64,000 bases of DNA from an uncultured Rhodobacteraceae bacterium (GTDB taxonomy: Bacteria; Pseudomonadota; Alphaproteobacteria; Rhodobacterales; Rhodobacteraceae): NCBI GenBank assembly GCA_947503935.1, contig CANNFR010000008.1:133251-197250 (forward strand), in the 5' to 3' direction. The notes beneath the pieces are model-generated. The model was not told the origin of the DNA. It saw only the letters and a program-made list of their open reading frames with translations, and did no database searches. This document shows, piece after piece, positions 29,395 to 38,784 of the stretch. Within the stretch, counting starts at the first letter, position 1. The number at the start of each line of letters is the position of its first letter. Position numbers and translations under genes: made by a program.

Positions 29395-30752
29395 TCCCGC
29401 CAAAGCCGCCAGCGCGCGAGGGGCGGGTGTCGCTCTTTCGCTATCTGCGCCTCTTCCGCCGCGATATCTTGTCGGCGCAGCCCGCGCGCCTCTACCGGGC
29501 CCGCATGGCCGAGTTCAAGACGCCCTTCTTCCGCTCATACCTGATCAACGAGCCTGACCTGATCGATCTGGTGTTGAAAGAGCGGTCCGACGATTTCCCG
29601 AAATCCGACCGTGTGGGCGAGGGGCTGCGCCCGCTTCTGGGCCGGTCGGTCTTCGTGACAAACGGGGCGGAGTGGAAGCGCCAGCGCCGCATCATCGACC
29701 CGGCTTTTGAGGGCGGGCGTCTGCGTGATACCTTCCCCGCGATGTGGGCCGCAGCGCAGGGCGCTGTCGCGCGGATGCCTCTGGGCGAGACCGAGATCGA
29801 GGCGCAGACAAGCCACGCGGCGGCCGATGTGATCTTCCGCACGCTCTTCTCGATCCCGATCGAAAGTACGATTGCTCAGGAGGTGTTCGAGGCCTTCCGC
29901 GCGCATCAGCGCACCCAGCCGATCCTGAACCTGGCGGCCTTCCTGCCGCTGCCCCGTTGGTTTCCTCGGCTTCACCGGCCCGCGACCCGCCGCACCGCGC
30001 GGCAGATCCGGGCCCTGATCACCCAGCTGACGGCCGAGCGTGCGTCGCTGATCGCCGAAGGCCAGGCGCCCGATGATCTGGCCACCAAGATCATGACCAC
30101 CGCCGACCCGCAGACGGGAGACCTCTTCGCGACCGATGAGATGGTCGATCAGGTCGCCATCTTCTTTCTGGCCGGGCACGAAACCTCGGCCTCGGCCCTG
30201 GCCTGGGCGCTATGGCTCCTGGCGGCCCATCCCGATGCGCAGGACAAGGTGGCGGCCGAGGCCGCGCGATTTGCCGAAAGTCCGATTTTCGCCAGCCTGT
30301 CGGGCCTGGCCTTCACCCGGGATGTTTTCCGCGAGACGCTGCGCCTCTACCCGCCGGTGCCGATGATGGTGCGTCAGGCGACGCGGGCTGAGGTATTTCG
30401 GGGTCGGGATGTCAGGCCCGGCGCGCAGATCGTGCTGTCGCCCTGGCACCTGCACCGGCATGAGCGGCACTGGGACAACCCCGACGCCTTCCGCCCGGCC
30501 CGCTGGCAAAGCGCCGAGGGCAAGGCCTCGGCGCGGCAGGCCTATTTGCCATTCTCGGCCGGGCCGCGCGTCTGCACCGGAGCGGGGTTCGCGATGGCCG
30601 AGGGCGTTTTGCTTCTGTCTGCGCTGATTCGAGAGTTTCGTTTTGAGGTGATTAACAATCGTCAACCCCTGCCGGTCGCACACCTGACGGTACGCGGAAA
30701 AGAGGGCATCTGGCTGAAAGTGCGCCGCCGAAACAATCCCGAAAACAAGTGA
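29391..30752 (+). CDS. cytochrome P450
   Basis: Heme-ligand loop FSAGPRVCTGAGFA, ExxR (ETLR), and an AGHETS I-helix motif. Confidence 0.92.
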   Translation: MIPPKPPAREGRVSLFRYLRLFRRDILSAQPARLYRARMAEFKTPFFRSYLINEPDLIDLVLKERSDDFPKSDRVGEGLRPLLGRSVFVTNGAEWKRQRRIIDPAFEGGRLRDTFPAMWAAAQGAVARMPLGETEIEAQTSHAAADVIFRTLFSIPIESTIAQEVFEAFRAHQRTQPILNLAAFLPLPRWFPRLHRPATRRTARQIRALITQLTAERASLIAEGQAPDDLATKIMTTADPQTGDLFATDEMVDQVAIFFLAGHETSASALAWALWLLAAHPDAQDKVAAEAARFAESPIFASLSGLAFTRDVFRETLRLYPPVPMMVRQATRAEVFRGRDVRPGAQIVLSPWHLHRHERHWDNPDAFRPARWQSAEGKASARQAYLPFSAGPRVCTGAGFAMAEGVLLLSALIREFRFEVINNRQPLPVAHLTVRGKEGIWLKVRRRNNPENK

Positions 30753-30936
30753 CGCCACGTTACAAAACGCCTCCGAAACCGGTTTGGAACGAAAAATGCA
30801 AGCGTATGCAGTCATTTGGCGAACAATCGCCTATTCTGAGGGGAATTGGTCCGATTTTTCCCCTCTCGCGCGAATCGAAAAATCGGGTACACCCATTTCA
30901 TCGACGTATTCGAACCAAACGTGGGGAGTTTGGACA

Positions 30937-31239
30937 ATGCAATCGAACTGTGCCTACCAGACCAATCACCGCGGCCCGTTTCGCCGGCTGCTTCGGGTGT
31001 TTCCAGCGTTCTCGCGCCACCAAACGCGCCCGACGCTCAATGCGGTTTCCGAGCCCGACAAGGTCTCGCGCGAAGAGCTGCAGGATCTCTTTGAGACCGA
31101 GCTGATGGCCCGGCCGAATGGCCAGAAGACACCGCCGGCCGACAATGTGGTGGTGTTGCACACGCGGCGGATTGAACGCGAAACCTCGCCCTATATCCTC
31201 GATCGCAAACAGTTGCGGGTTGCCGGCAGCCGTTTCTAG
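30937..31239 (+). CDS. hypothetical protein (100 aa)
   Basis: GGGGAG lies 9 nt upstream of ATG 30937. No motif was recognised. The longer track ORF (30784) runs through an AT-rich structured spacer. Confidence 0.35.
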   Translation: MQSNCAYQTNHRGPFRRLLRVFPAFSRHQTRPTLNAVSEPDKVSREELQDLFETELMARPNGQKTPPADNVVVLHTRRIERETSPYILDRKQLRVAGSRF

Positions 31240-31271
31240 AGCGTCGTCCGAAAAATCTGATGATGTTCGCT

Positions 31272-31601
31272 CTACCGCTTCGCTACGATACCAAGTTCGT
31301 TGAGTGCGGCCTCAAATTTCGACTGATCTGAATCGAAACTGTCTGCCTTGATCGCGTCAAAGCGCTGGCGGAGCGCGCGCTTTTCCGCGCCTTTGCAGTC
31401 GTTCCAGGGGCGACCCTGCAACCCCATGACCAGAACGTAGTATCCGATGAAGTGGGGCCGATGGCCGGACTTCAGAAGGCGCCGATAAGCCTCATCGGCG
31501 CCGAGGTCGCGCAGTTCTTCGGCCGAATGCACGCCCGCCGCGGCAAAGGCGGCCTCCATCGCGGGACCGAGGTTGCGGATCGACGAGACAGGCGTTGCCA
31601 T
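31272..31601 (-). CDS. TfoX C-terminal domain (helix-hairpin-helix) protein
   Basis: IRNLGPAMEAAFAAAGVHSAEELRDLGADEAYRRL resembles the TfoX_C/Sxy C-terminal domain. Confidence 0.7.
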   Translation of the reverse strand: MATPVSSIRNLGPAMEAAFAAAGVHSAEELRDLGADEAYRRLLKSGHRPHFIGYYVLVMGLQGRPWNDCKGAEKRALRQRFDAIKADSFDSDQSKFEAALNELGIVAKR

Positions 31602-31639
31602 CCGACGATGGTGTCAGCCCAACGACAAATCTACAAGCG

Positions 31640-31780
31640 TCAGATGCTAGCCCAGTCGGTGAACCTGGCCTGCGGCTGCGGCGCGGGTTGGCTCTGCTCG
31701 GCGGTCTTGTCGTAGGTGGCTTGCGTGCGCGTCAGATCGGCGCGCGGCTGCTCTTTAATCTGCGGTTTCTGCTCGGCCAT
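31640..31780 (-). CDS. small hydrophilic protein (46 aa), Gln/Pro-rich, ending FTDWASI
   Basis: ATG 31780 with AGGGA upstream. It lies 38 nt upstream of the tfoX_C-like gene on the same strand. Coding status is uncertain. Confidence 0.35.
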   Translation of the reverse strand: MAEQKPQIKEQPRADLTRTQATYDKTAEQSQPAPQPQARFTDWASI

Positions 31781-31913
31781 GGCCTTGTCCCTTTGTTGCC
31801 TCATGGGATTGCGCATTTCTCCAACGCGTCCCTGACAATCATGCTCACCCCAGAGGGCGCACACGGTCAAGTCACGGCTTCGGGAGGGCGGCAAGGCGCT
31901 GCCGATTGAGGTT

Positions 31914-32351
31914 TCAGTTCAGTAACTTTGCGAGATGGCGAAGCGCCAGATCATAGCCATGAACACCACATCCTGCGATCACTGCATCGGCCCGCCCCGA
32001 TATGTAGGAGTGATGCCGGAAAGCCTCACGTTGATGCACGTTCGAGATATGGACCTCGATCACCCGGCCGTCATAGGTATTCAGGGCGTCGAGAAGGGCA
32101 ATTGAGGTGTGAGTCAGGGCCGCGGGATTAACCACAATGGCCGAAAACTCACCGCGCGCGGCGTGAATCCAGTCAATCAATTCATGCTCGGCATTGCTTT
32201 GCCGGCATGTCACGGTCAGCCCCAAAGCCTCGCCGGTCGCCTTTGCCGATGCCTCGACATCAGCCAGGGTCTCATCGCCGTAGACCTCGGGCTCGCGTGT
32301 TCCGAGCAGGTTCAGGTTCGGGCCGTTCAGGACAAGGACTTTGGATGACAT
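31914..32351 (-). CDS. aroQ: type II 3-dehydroquinate dehydratase
   Basis: Typical AroQ sequence ([20 protein letters not shown]...RE.FR). Confidence 0.95.
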   Translation of the reverse strand: MSSKVLVLNGPNLNLLGTREPEVYGDETLADVEASAKATGEALGLTVTCRQSNAEHELIDWIHAARGEFSAIVVNPAALTHTSIALLDALNTYDGRVIEVHISNVHQREAFRHHSYISGRADAVIAGCGVHGYDLALRHLAKLLN

Positions 32352-32466
32352 GCCGTAGGTCTCCGATCAGATATGGGGGCGAGTTAACCCCGGCGCCCTG
32401 TGCTTGTCTACCGCGCCGGTTGCGCCCGCCCGTTTGCGGGCGCTACGGTGGCCGAAAGGGGGAGCC

Positions 32467-33666
32467 ATGGATTTCACGATATCATCCGAAATCGAGGCGT
32501 TGCGCGCCAAGGTCGCGGCCTTCGTGGCTGACCGCATCTTGCCGCATGAGGCCCGCCCGGACAGCTGGGACGCGCATGGCAATATCGCCGAAGCGCCTCT
32601 GGCCGCCCTCAGGGCCGAGGCGCAGGCCCAAGGTTTGTGGGCCTTTCAGGTGCCCTTGCAGGGGCGCCCGGCGTTGCCCTTCGTGGCGCAGGCGGTGCTC
32701 TATGAAGAGATGAACCGCTCGATCTTCGGGCCTGTCTGCTTCAACGCCGCGGCGCCCGATGATGGCAATATGCGGGTGCTGGAGGCCGTGGGCACCGAGG
32801 CGCAGAAGGCGCGGTTCCTGGCGCCCCTGGTCAGCGGCGCCGCGCGCTCGGCCTTCGCGATGACCGAACCGGCGCCGGGCGGTGGCTCGGACCCTTCGAT
32901 GATCGAAACACGGGCCGAAAAGCGGGGCGACAGGTACGTCATCACCGGGCGGAAGTGGTTCATCACCGGCGCTGCTGTCGCCGACCACTTCATCCTGATC
33001 GCCCGCACGTCTGACGATACACGCCGCGGCCTGTCGGCCTTTCTGTTTCACAAGGACCAGCCGGGCTGGCAGATCGTGCGCCGGATCGGGATCATGGGCC
33101 CCGAGGAGCATGGCGGACATTGCGAATTGGCGTTTGACGGACTTGAGGTGCCCGAGGAAAACCTTTTGATGTCAGAGGGTCACGGCATGAAGCTGGCGCA
33201 GATCCGGCTGGGGCCCGCGCGGCTGACCCATTGCATGCGCTGGCTGGGCTTGGCCAAGAGATGCCTGGAGATTGCGCAGGATTACGCCGCGACGCGCGAG
33301 GGGTTCGGGGTTCGGTTGGCCGATCGCGAGAGCGTGCAGATCATGCTGGGCGAGATCGCGATGGGCATCGAGATCGGGCGTCTTCTGACGATGAAGGCGG
33401 CCTGGGCGCTGGACCGTGGCGAACGCGCCCGCAAGGAGGTCAGCATGGCCAAGGTGCACGTCGCGAACCTGCTGCATCAGGCGGCGGATGTTGCCATTCA
33501 GGTCAACGGCGCGCGCGGCTATTCGACCGACACGGTGCTGGAATGGATCTACCGCTACGCCCGCCAGGCGCGACTGGTCGATGGCGCGGATGCGGTGCAT
33601 ATGATGGTTCTGGCCCGGACGATGGGCGAGGAGGGGCGGGATTTCTGGAACTGGCCCGCGGCATGA
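32467..33666 (+). CDS. acyl-CoA dehydrogenase family protein
   Basis: The ACAD three-domain pattern is present (FAMTEP..GSD, the W.I.G region, C-terminal helical domain). The start is at MDFTISSEIE with a GGGGGA RBS. Confidence 0.88.
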   Translation: MDFTISSEIEALRAKVAAFVADRILPHEARPDSWDAHGNIAEAPLAALRAEAQAQGLWAFQVPLQGRPALPFVAQAVLYEEMNRSIFGPVCFNAAAPDDGNMRVLEAVGTEAQKARFLAPLVSGAARSAFAMTEPAPGGGSDPSMIETRAEKRGDRYVITGRKWFITGAAVADHFILIARTSDDTRRGLSAFLFHKDQPGWQIVRRIGIMGPEEHGGHCELAFDGLEVPEENLLMSEGHGMKLAQIRLGPARLTHCMRWLGLAKRCLEIAQDYAATREGFGVRLADRESVQIMLGEIAMGIEIGRLLTMKAAWALDRGERARKEVSMAKVHVANLLHQAADVAIQVNGARGYSTDTVLEWIYRYARQARLVDGADAVHMMVLARTMGEEGRDFWNWPAA

Positions 33667-33693
33667 AAAAGCCCCGCCGAAGCGGGGCCTTTC
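33666..33693. terminator. bidirectional intrinsic terminator between acd and the fadL-like gene
   Basis: AAAAA-GCCCCGC-cgaa-GCGGGGC-CTTTC: a perfect 7-bp GC stem flanked by an A-run and a T-rich run. Confidence 0.7.
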
Positions 33694-33715
33694 AAATGCG
33701 AGGTCGTGATCGGGA

Positions 33716-34807
33716 TCAGAATTTATAGCCGACGCGCAGGCCAAACCCCACACCGTCATTGTCTTCGAAGTCGGCCCCGATCGTCGTGGTCGCGCCGCCG
33801 ATATCGACGTAGCGCAGGCCACCGGTGATTTCCATGTTGCCCATCGTGTAGGTGGCCGCCAAGGCAATGCTTGAAAAGCCGTCGGTCGGCCCAAGGTTGC
33901 CGGTGATATCACCGGTGGATGGCTCGTGCGACACGATCACGGCCCCGGACCAGGTTTCATTGAACCGCCGGCCAACACCAAGCGTGTATGTGACGCGGTC
34001 GGAATCATACGACACGAGGGGGCTGCCAACGGCAAGCGCATAGCCAGCTGGGTTGATGTCAAACTCACTCCAATCGACCCAGCGGATCGAGCCGAAGAGC
34101 AGAGTGTCCGCAGCAATACCCGTCTGGAATTCCAGGTTGACCGATTGTGGAACTTCAGTATCGAACTCTCCCGATCCGGGAACCGGCCCCGTCTCGGTGT
34201 ATTCGAACGTGTGGGTGATCGCTGAGTTGTAGGTCAAGGCAACACGGGCCGCGATATCGGGGCGTTCCCAGGCCGCGCCGATAACATAGCCGAGCCGATA
34301 ATCGGTATTGGTGTTCATCGTGTAGCCGGGGCCGGGCGCTCCCACGAAGGGGATTGAGACTGTTCCCTCGACGGCTTGCGCCCGAAGACCACCATAGATC
34401 GAGATGTTGTTCTGCATCCGATACTTCAGCAACGCCGTGAGCGCGAGAGAATCGAGCTCGGCCGTTGTCCCGGCAAGCGGGTAGGGGCTTAGTCCGAACG
34501 TGCCCGGATAATCGACATCGGCGCCAATCGGCTCGTCCAAGATCACCGCGATATCCAGGTTTTCAGTCAGAGCCTGCTTGTAAGCCAATGAGAACGTCTG
34601 ATAGCTGGGCGACATGTCACCCGACGCGATAGCACCCCCGCCGAGAGAGCCGCTCACATCTGGGCTGAAACTTCCAAAGCTGAATTCGGCGTATGTGCCC
34701 TCTTCAAAGAGGATGCCGACCGATTGTGTCGAGCGTTCGACACCGCCTGCGAAGGCACTGGTTGCCGCCAAGGTCAGGGCGGCACTGCTCAGTAGAACAC
34801 GTCTCAT
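33716..34807 (-). CDS. outer-membrane transport protein, OmpP1/FadL/TodX family
   Basis: Signal peptide (AATSAFA-GG), beta-strand periodicity throughout, and a C-terminal aromatic residue (VGYKF). Confidence 0.75.
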   Translation of the reverse strand: MRRVLLSSAALTLAATSAFAGGVERSTQSVGILFEEGTYAEFSFGSFSPDVSGSLGGGAIASGDMSPSYQTFSLAYKQALTENLDIAVILDEPIGADVDYPGTFGLSPYPLAGTTAELDSLALTALLKYRMQNNISIYGGLRAQAVEGTVSIPFVGAPGPGYTMNTNTDYRLGYVIGAAWERPDIAARVALTYNSAITHTFEYTETGPVPGSGEFDTEVPQSVNLEFQTGIAADTLLFGSIRWVDWSEFDINPAGYALAVGSPLVSYDSDRVTYTLGVGRRFNETWSGAVIVSHEPSTGDITGNLGPTDGFSSIALAATYTMGNMEITGGLRYVDIGGATTTIGADFEDNDGVGFGLRVGYKF

Positions 34808-34935
34808 TTATTTCTCCCCCGTGTCCGGATTTTTGCAGATGTTACGGCGCCGTTTGCCAAACCGTCAATCAATGACGCCGCGTCAGTGCAAAAAGTCTGC
34901 CGATTCCTACGTGTCGTCGCGTTTAGGACACTCTA

Positions 34936-35802
34936 TCAAGGGTTGCGTCGCCGCGCGCCTGCCAAATTGATCAAATTTGCGGCCATGATGACCGCGCCGC
35001 CGATGAAGACCGGCGCCATCAGAGGCTCGGCATAGAGGATCGCACCGACCACCGCGATGACCGGCAGGCGCAGGAATTCCATGGGCGCGACCAGGGTTGC
35101 CGGCGCATGGGCCAGCGCCGATGTCAGCGAATAATGCGCCGAGAGCCCCGTGATGCCGACGATGACGAGCCATGGCAAAATGGCGAACGAGGGCAGGGGG
35201 ATGCCGCCCGGTGCACCCAGAACCGCGCCCATCACCGCCTGGCTGGCGGTCATCCAGAACAACACGCAAAGCACCGTGTCATGGGCCATCAACCGGCGCG
35301 TGTAGATCGTGTTCAGCGCAAAGCCCAAGGCCGCCCCCAGCGCCAGAAGATGCCCGACCTCAATCGGCGCCACGCCGGGCTGCGCCACGATCAGCACACC
35401 TGCAAACCCCAAAAGCGCCACCAGGATGCGGCGCGCCGTAAAGCGTTCGCCCAGAAGCAGCGGCGCCAGCAGTGCGACCCAGACCGGGTTGGTAAACTCC
35501 AGCGCCACAAGCTGGCTGAGCGGGATCAGCATCAGCGCCATGAACCACACATTCTGGCCCGCGAAGTGAAAGAGGTTGCGTTTGACATGCAGCGAGGGCA
35601 CCTGGCTGCGGATTTCGGCGAACCCGCGCGGGGCGAGGGCGGCGCAGACGATCGCAAAGCCGATGAGCGACCGCCAGGCCATCAGCTCGAACGAGTTCAT
35701 CTCGGTCTGCACCACCCGCCCCGCCACCGCCATCAGCGTGAAGGACACGATTGCGCCCATCATCCAGAGTGCGGCGAGAAGGGGGCGATGGGATATATGC
35801 AC
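34936..35802 (-). CDS. DMT-superfamily (EamA-like) transporter
   Basis: Ten predicted TM helices in two EamA-like repeats. Confidence 0.8.
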   Translation of the reverse strand: MHISHRPLLAALWMMGAIVSFTLMAVAGRVVQTEMNSFELMAWRSLIGFAIVCAALAPRGFAEIRSQVPSLHVKRNLFHFAGQNVWFMALMLIPLSQLVALEFTNPVWVALLAPLLLGERFTARRILVALLGFAGVLIVAQPGVAPIEVGHLLALGAALGFALNTIYTRRLMAHDTVLCVLFWMTASQAVMGAVLGAPGGIPLPSFAILPWLVIVGITGLSAHYSLTSALAHAPATLVAPMEFLRLPVIAVVGAILYAEPLMAPVFIGGAVIMAANLINLAGARRRNP

Positions 35803-35891
35803 GAAAGTGGGCGTCCAGATAATGGGTCGCCTTTGGTGACGTGAAATGAAGGGGCTGTAAAGAGTTCAGCCGTCTGGCCGTCTTGAAGCCT

Positions 35892-37124
35892 TCAGGGGCG
35901 AACCGTGTCATGCGCTTCTGCGGCCTGCGCTGCGTTTTCACGCAAGCACTGGGGAAGGCTCAGCCAGTTTTCTTCAAGGGTCCCCCGGCGCACGCGCAGA
36001 CCAATTGAAACCAACAATCCATCTGCGGCCCAGTCCGACGCATAGAAATCCTCGGCCGATGCCACGGCTTCCAAGCGTGTGGGAAAATTAACGCCTTGGT
36101 CATAGACCCGCAGCAGCGCCCCTGACGCCACGCAGTGAGACACCTCGGCCGCACACTGAGTCTGACAGGTGTTGACCAAAGGCAGCAGGTAGGGTGAGCG
36201 CGCCGCATCCGCCATGACCAAGCGCCCCAGAGCGTCAAATTCGGCCTCGGTTGGCGGCGGATTATCCTCCAAATCACCGGAAAAACCGGCCCAACTCAAA
36301 GTGGCCCAGCGTAGGCTCGTGGCTGGGACTTCAAAAAACTCAAGAAAATCGGGATCAAAGGTTATGAGCATGCCCAGCGCGACAATCGCACTCCATCGGC
36401 CTTCGGAGAGTGCTGTTGCAAATGCTCTGTCCTGTTCTTCGCCCCACGGAGGCTCGCCCCAACGCGCACGGCGCTCGGCTGCACGTTCTGGATTAAAGCG
36501 GTCGTCGAGATCGATACTTGCACGCCCAAGTCCGCGGAGGAACCAAACGTAAGATCTTGCATGATCGCTGTCCTCTAACACGCCATCAGCGAACACTGTC
36601 ACGGCGGGCATCAAATGCCGGTTGGTTAAGGTCATCCCGAATTGGAGCATGAATTCTTCGCGCAATCCCGCTGCCAACATCGTCTCCGCTCCGGCGATCC
36701 AATCATCGGCCGATTTAGCAAATGTCATGCTGGATTGCGCTTCATATGCCGGGATGGTTGACGTATCCACCCGATAGAGAAAGGTACTGTACTTGAAACG
36801 GTTCGGAGCTTCCGTTCGATCAGGGGGAACTAAGGCCCGAAGCTCCTGCCGGCTCATCTCGGGAAACCGCAACGGCATGTATCGGTAGACAAGCGTCCTG
36901 ACGATCAGGCGGGCAGCAATATTGCCGTCTGCGGCGATCTCGCCGATGGACCAGAGGTCTTCTTTCGGGTTTTCAGCTGCCAGCCAGTCCGACACCGCCG
37001 CACGCAGGGCCGGATCATCCGCGCCAGGGATCGGTTCTGCCCGCGCGCCGGAGGACACCAGGCAGAGAACTGCGATAAAGACGCAGATATAACGACGCCA
37101 GATTCCGGTTTTATCAGCAGCCAT
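35892..37124 (-). CDS. secreted hypothetical protein (410 aa) in a lower-GC island
   Basis: The start MAADKTGIWRRYICVFIAVLCLVSSGARA-EP gives a signal peptide. No motif was recognised. Spot GC is about 50-53%. Confidence 0.55.
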   Translation of the reverse strand: MAADKTGIWRRYICVFIAVLCLVSSGARAEPIPGADDPALRAAVSDWLAAENPKEDLWSIGEIAADGNIAARLIVRTLVYRYMPLRFPEMSRQELRALVPPDRTEAPNRFKYSTFLYRVDTSTIPAYEAQSSMTFAKSADDWIAGAETMLAAGLREEFMLQFGMTLTNRHLMPAVTVFADGVLEDSDHARSYVWFLRGLGRASIDLDDRFNPERAAERRARWGEPPWGEEQDRAFATALSEGRWSAIVALGMLITFDPDFLEFFEVPATSLRWATLSWAGFSGDLEDNPPPTEAEFDALGRLVMADAARSPYLLPLVNTCQTQCAAEVSHCVASGALLRVYDQGVNFPTRLEAVASAEDFYASDWAADGLLVSIGLRVRRGTLEENWLSLPQCLRENAAQAAEAHDTVRP

Positions 37125-37194
37125 ACACTCTAATTGGTGAGTTCGGCGTCTGGCACAAGTCCATCCATTCGGATCGTGGCAGAAGAAGTTCACC

Positions 37195-38340
37195 CTACTG
37201 CCCGCGCCAGATCCAGCCGCCGCCAAGCACGCGGCTGCCGCCGGTCTCGTAGAAGACACAGGCCTGGCCTGGGCTGACACCGTCTTCGGGGGCCAGCAAC
37301 TCCACCTCGGCCTCGGTGTCTGAAACAGGCCGGATCACCGCCTCGCGCGGCGGGCGGGTGGATCTCACGCGAACCGAGACGGGCCATTCGGCGCGCGAGG
37401 TCAGGGGCGCGTCGCCCAGCCAGTTGATCTCGCGCACCGGCACGATGCGGGTGGTCAGCATCTCTTTCGGGCCGACGATGACCTGGCGCGCATCGACATC
37501 CAGCTTGACGACATAAAGCGGCTCGTCCAGCCCGCCGATGCCAAGGCCGCGGCGCTGGCCGATCGTGTAGTGGATCACGCCCGGATGCTCGCCCAAAACG
37601 CGGCCGTCGACATGCACGATCTGCCCGGGCTCGGCCGCACCGGGGCGCAGCTTTTCGATGACGGCGGCGTAATTGCCGTTCGGCACAAAGCAGATGTCCT
37701 GGCTGTCGGGCTTGTCGGCCACGATCAGCCCGTGTTTGGCTGCCAGAGCGCGTGTTTCGTCTTTCGAGGCAAGGTGCCCCAGCGGAAAGCGCAGGAAAGC
37801 CAGTTGCTCGGGCGTGGTCGAGAACAGGAAGTACGATTGATCGCGTGCCTGATCGGCGGCCATGTGTAGCTCGAGCCCGCCCGGGCCCAGCTTGCGTTGA
37901 ATGTAATGGCCCGTCGCCATGCAATCGGCGTCGAGGTCGCGGGCGGTGGCCAGCAAGTCCTTGAATTTCACCCGTTCATTGCAGCGGATGCAGGGCACCG
38001 GGGTCGCACCGGCCAGATAGCTGTCGGCAAATTCGTCGATCACCGCCTCGCGAAAAATGTTCTCGTAATCCAGCACGTAATGCGGAAAGCCCATCGCCTC
38101 GGCCACGCGGCGCGCATCATGGATATCGACGCCCGCGCAGCAAGCCCCCTTCTTGGCCAGCGCCGCGCCATGGTCGTAAAGCTGCAAGGTCACGCCCACC
38201 ACATCATAGCCCTCGGCGGCCAGTTCGGCGGCCACCACGGACGAATCGACGCCGCCCGACATGGCCACGACAACGCGCGTCTCCGAAGGCGGCTTCGGAA
38301 ACCCCAGCGAGTTCAGGGGTGTGCCTTGGTCAAGGGCCAT
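37195..38340 (-). CDS. mnmA: tRNA 2-thiouridine(34) synthase
   Basis: PP-loop [10 protein letters not shown] and conserved Cys residues, MnmA-like over the full length. The start was chosen at MALDQG (38340). Confidence 0.93.
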   Translation of the reverse strand: MALDQGTPLNSLGFPKPPSETRVVVAMSGGVDSSVVAAELAAEGYDVVGVTLQLYDHGAALAKKGACCAGVDIHDARRVAEAMGFPHYVLDYENIFREAVIDEFADSYLAGATPVPCIRCNERVKFKDLLATARDLDADCMATGHYIQRKLGPGGLELHMAADQARDQSYFLFSTTPEQLAFLRFPLGHLASKDETRALAAKHGLIVADKPDSQDICFVPNGNYAAVIEKLRPGAAEPGQIVHVDGRVLGEHPGVIHYTIGQRRGLGIGGLDEPLYVVKLDVDARQVIVGPKEMLTTRIVPVREINWLGDAPLTSRAEWPVSVRVRSTRPPREAVIRPVSDTEAEVELLAPEDGVSPGQACVFYETGGSRVLGGGWIWRGQ

Positions 38341-38459
38341 GGGATGCTCCAGGAAGTTCCGCCGCAATATATGAAAATCTGAACTACTCTCAAGGGCTGG
38401 CTTCACCGCACGTTAAGGCGTTGCCGCCAAAGTGGCCTCGGACGAACAAGGGCAGAGCA

Positions 38460-38738
38460 ATGTTTCTCAAGCGTGTGAATGGGCCACGGACTGTCACGCT
38501 GCCGGATGGCAGTTCGATGTCGCGGGCCGATCTTCCTCCGGTCGACACCAGGCGGTGGGTGGCCAGCCGCAAGGCTGCCGTTCTGAAGGGGGTCGATTCC
38601 GGTCTGATCACGGCCGAGGAGGCTTGCCGACGGTATGGTCTGTCCGAGGAAGAGCTTGCAAGCTGGCGTAATGCCATGTCGCAACACGGCGAACAGGCAT
38701 TGAAGGCCACAGCCATCCAAAAATTTCGACAACTTTAA
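38460..38738 (+). CDS. sciP: DUF1153 / SciP-like small transcription factor
   Basis: 92 aa. LPPVDTRRWVASRKAAVLKGV..GLIT..EA..RY.LS.EE..SW matches my memory of the SciP family. It lies immediately upstream of ctrA, as in Rhodobacter. Confidence 0.55.
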   Translation: MFLKRVNGPRTVTLPDGSSMSRADLPPVDTRRWVASRKAAVLKGVDSGLITAEEACRRYGLSEEELASWRNAMSQHGEQALKATAIQKFRQL

Positions 38739-38765
38739 GTTGCATTACAAATTATGACCATTATG

Positions 38766-38784
38766 GTAACGGGCCGTTAACCAT
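38766..38784 (+). promoter_or_regulatory. CtrA binding-site candidates in the ctrA promoter (GTAA-N7-TTAA overlapping TTAACCAT)
   Basis: GTAACGGGCCGTTAACCAT contains a one-mismatch TTAA-N7-TTAA and an exact TTAACCAT 8-mer, about 50 bp before the ctrA ATG. A palindrome ACCATTATGGT lies at 38756-38766. Confidence 0.55.
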
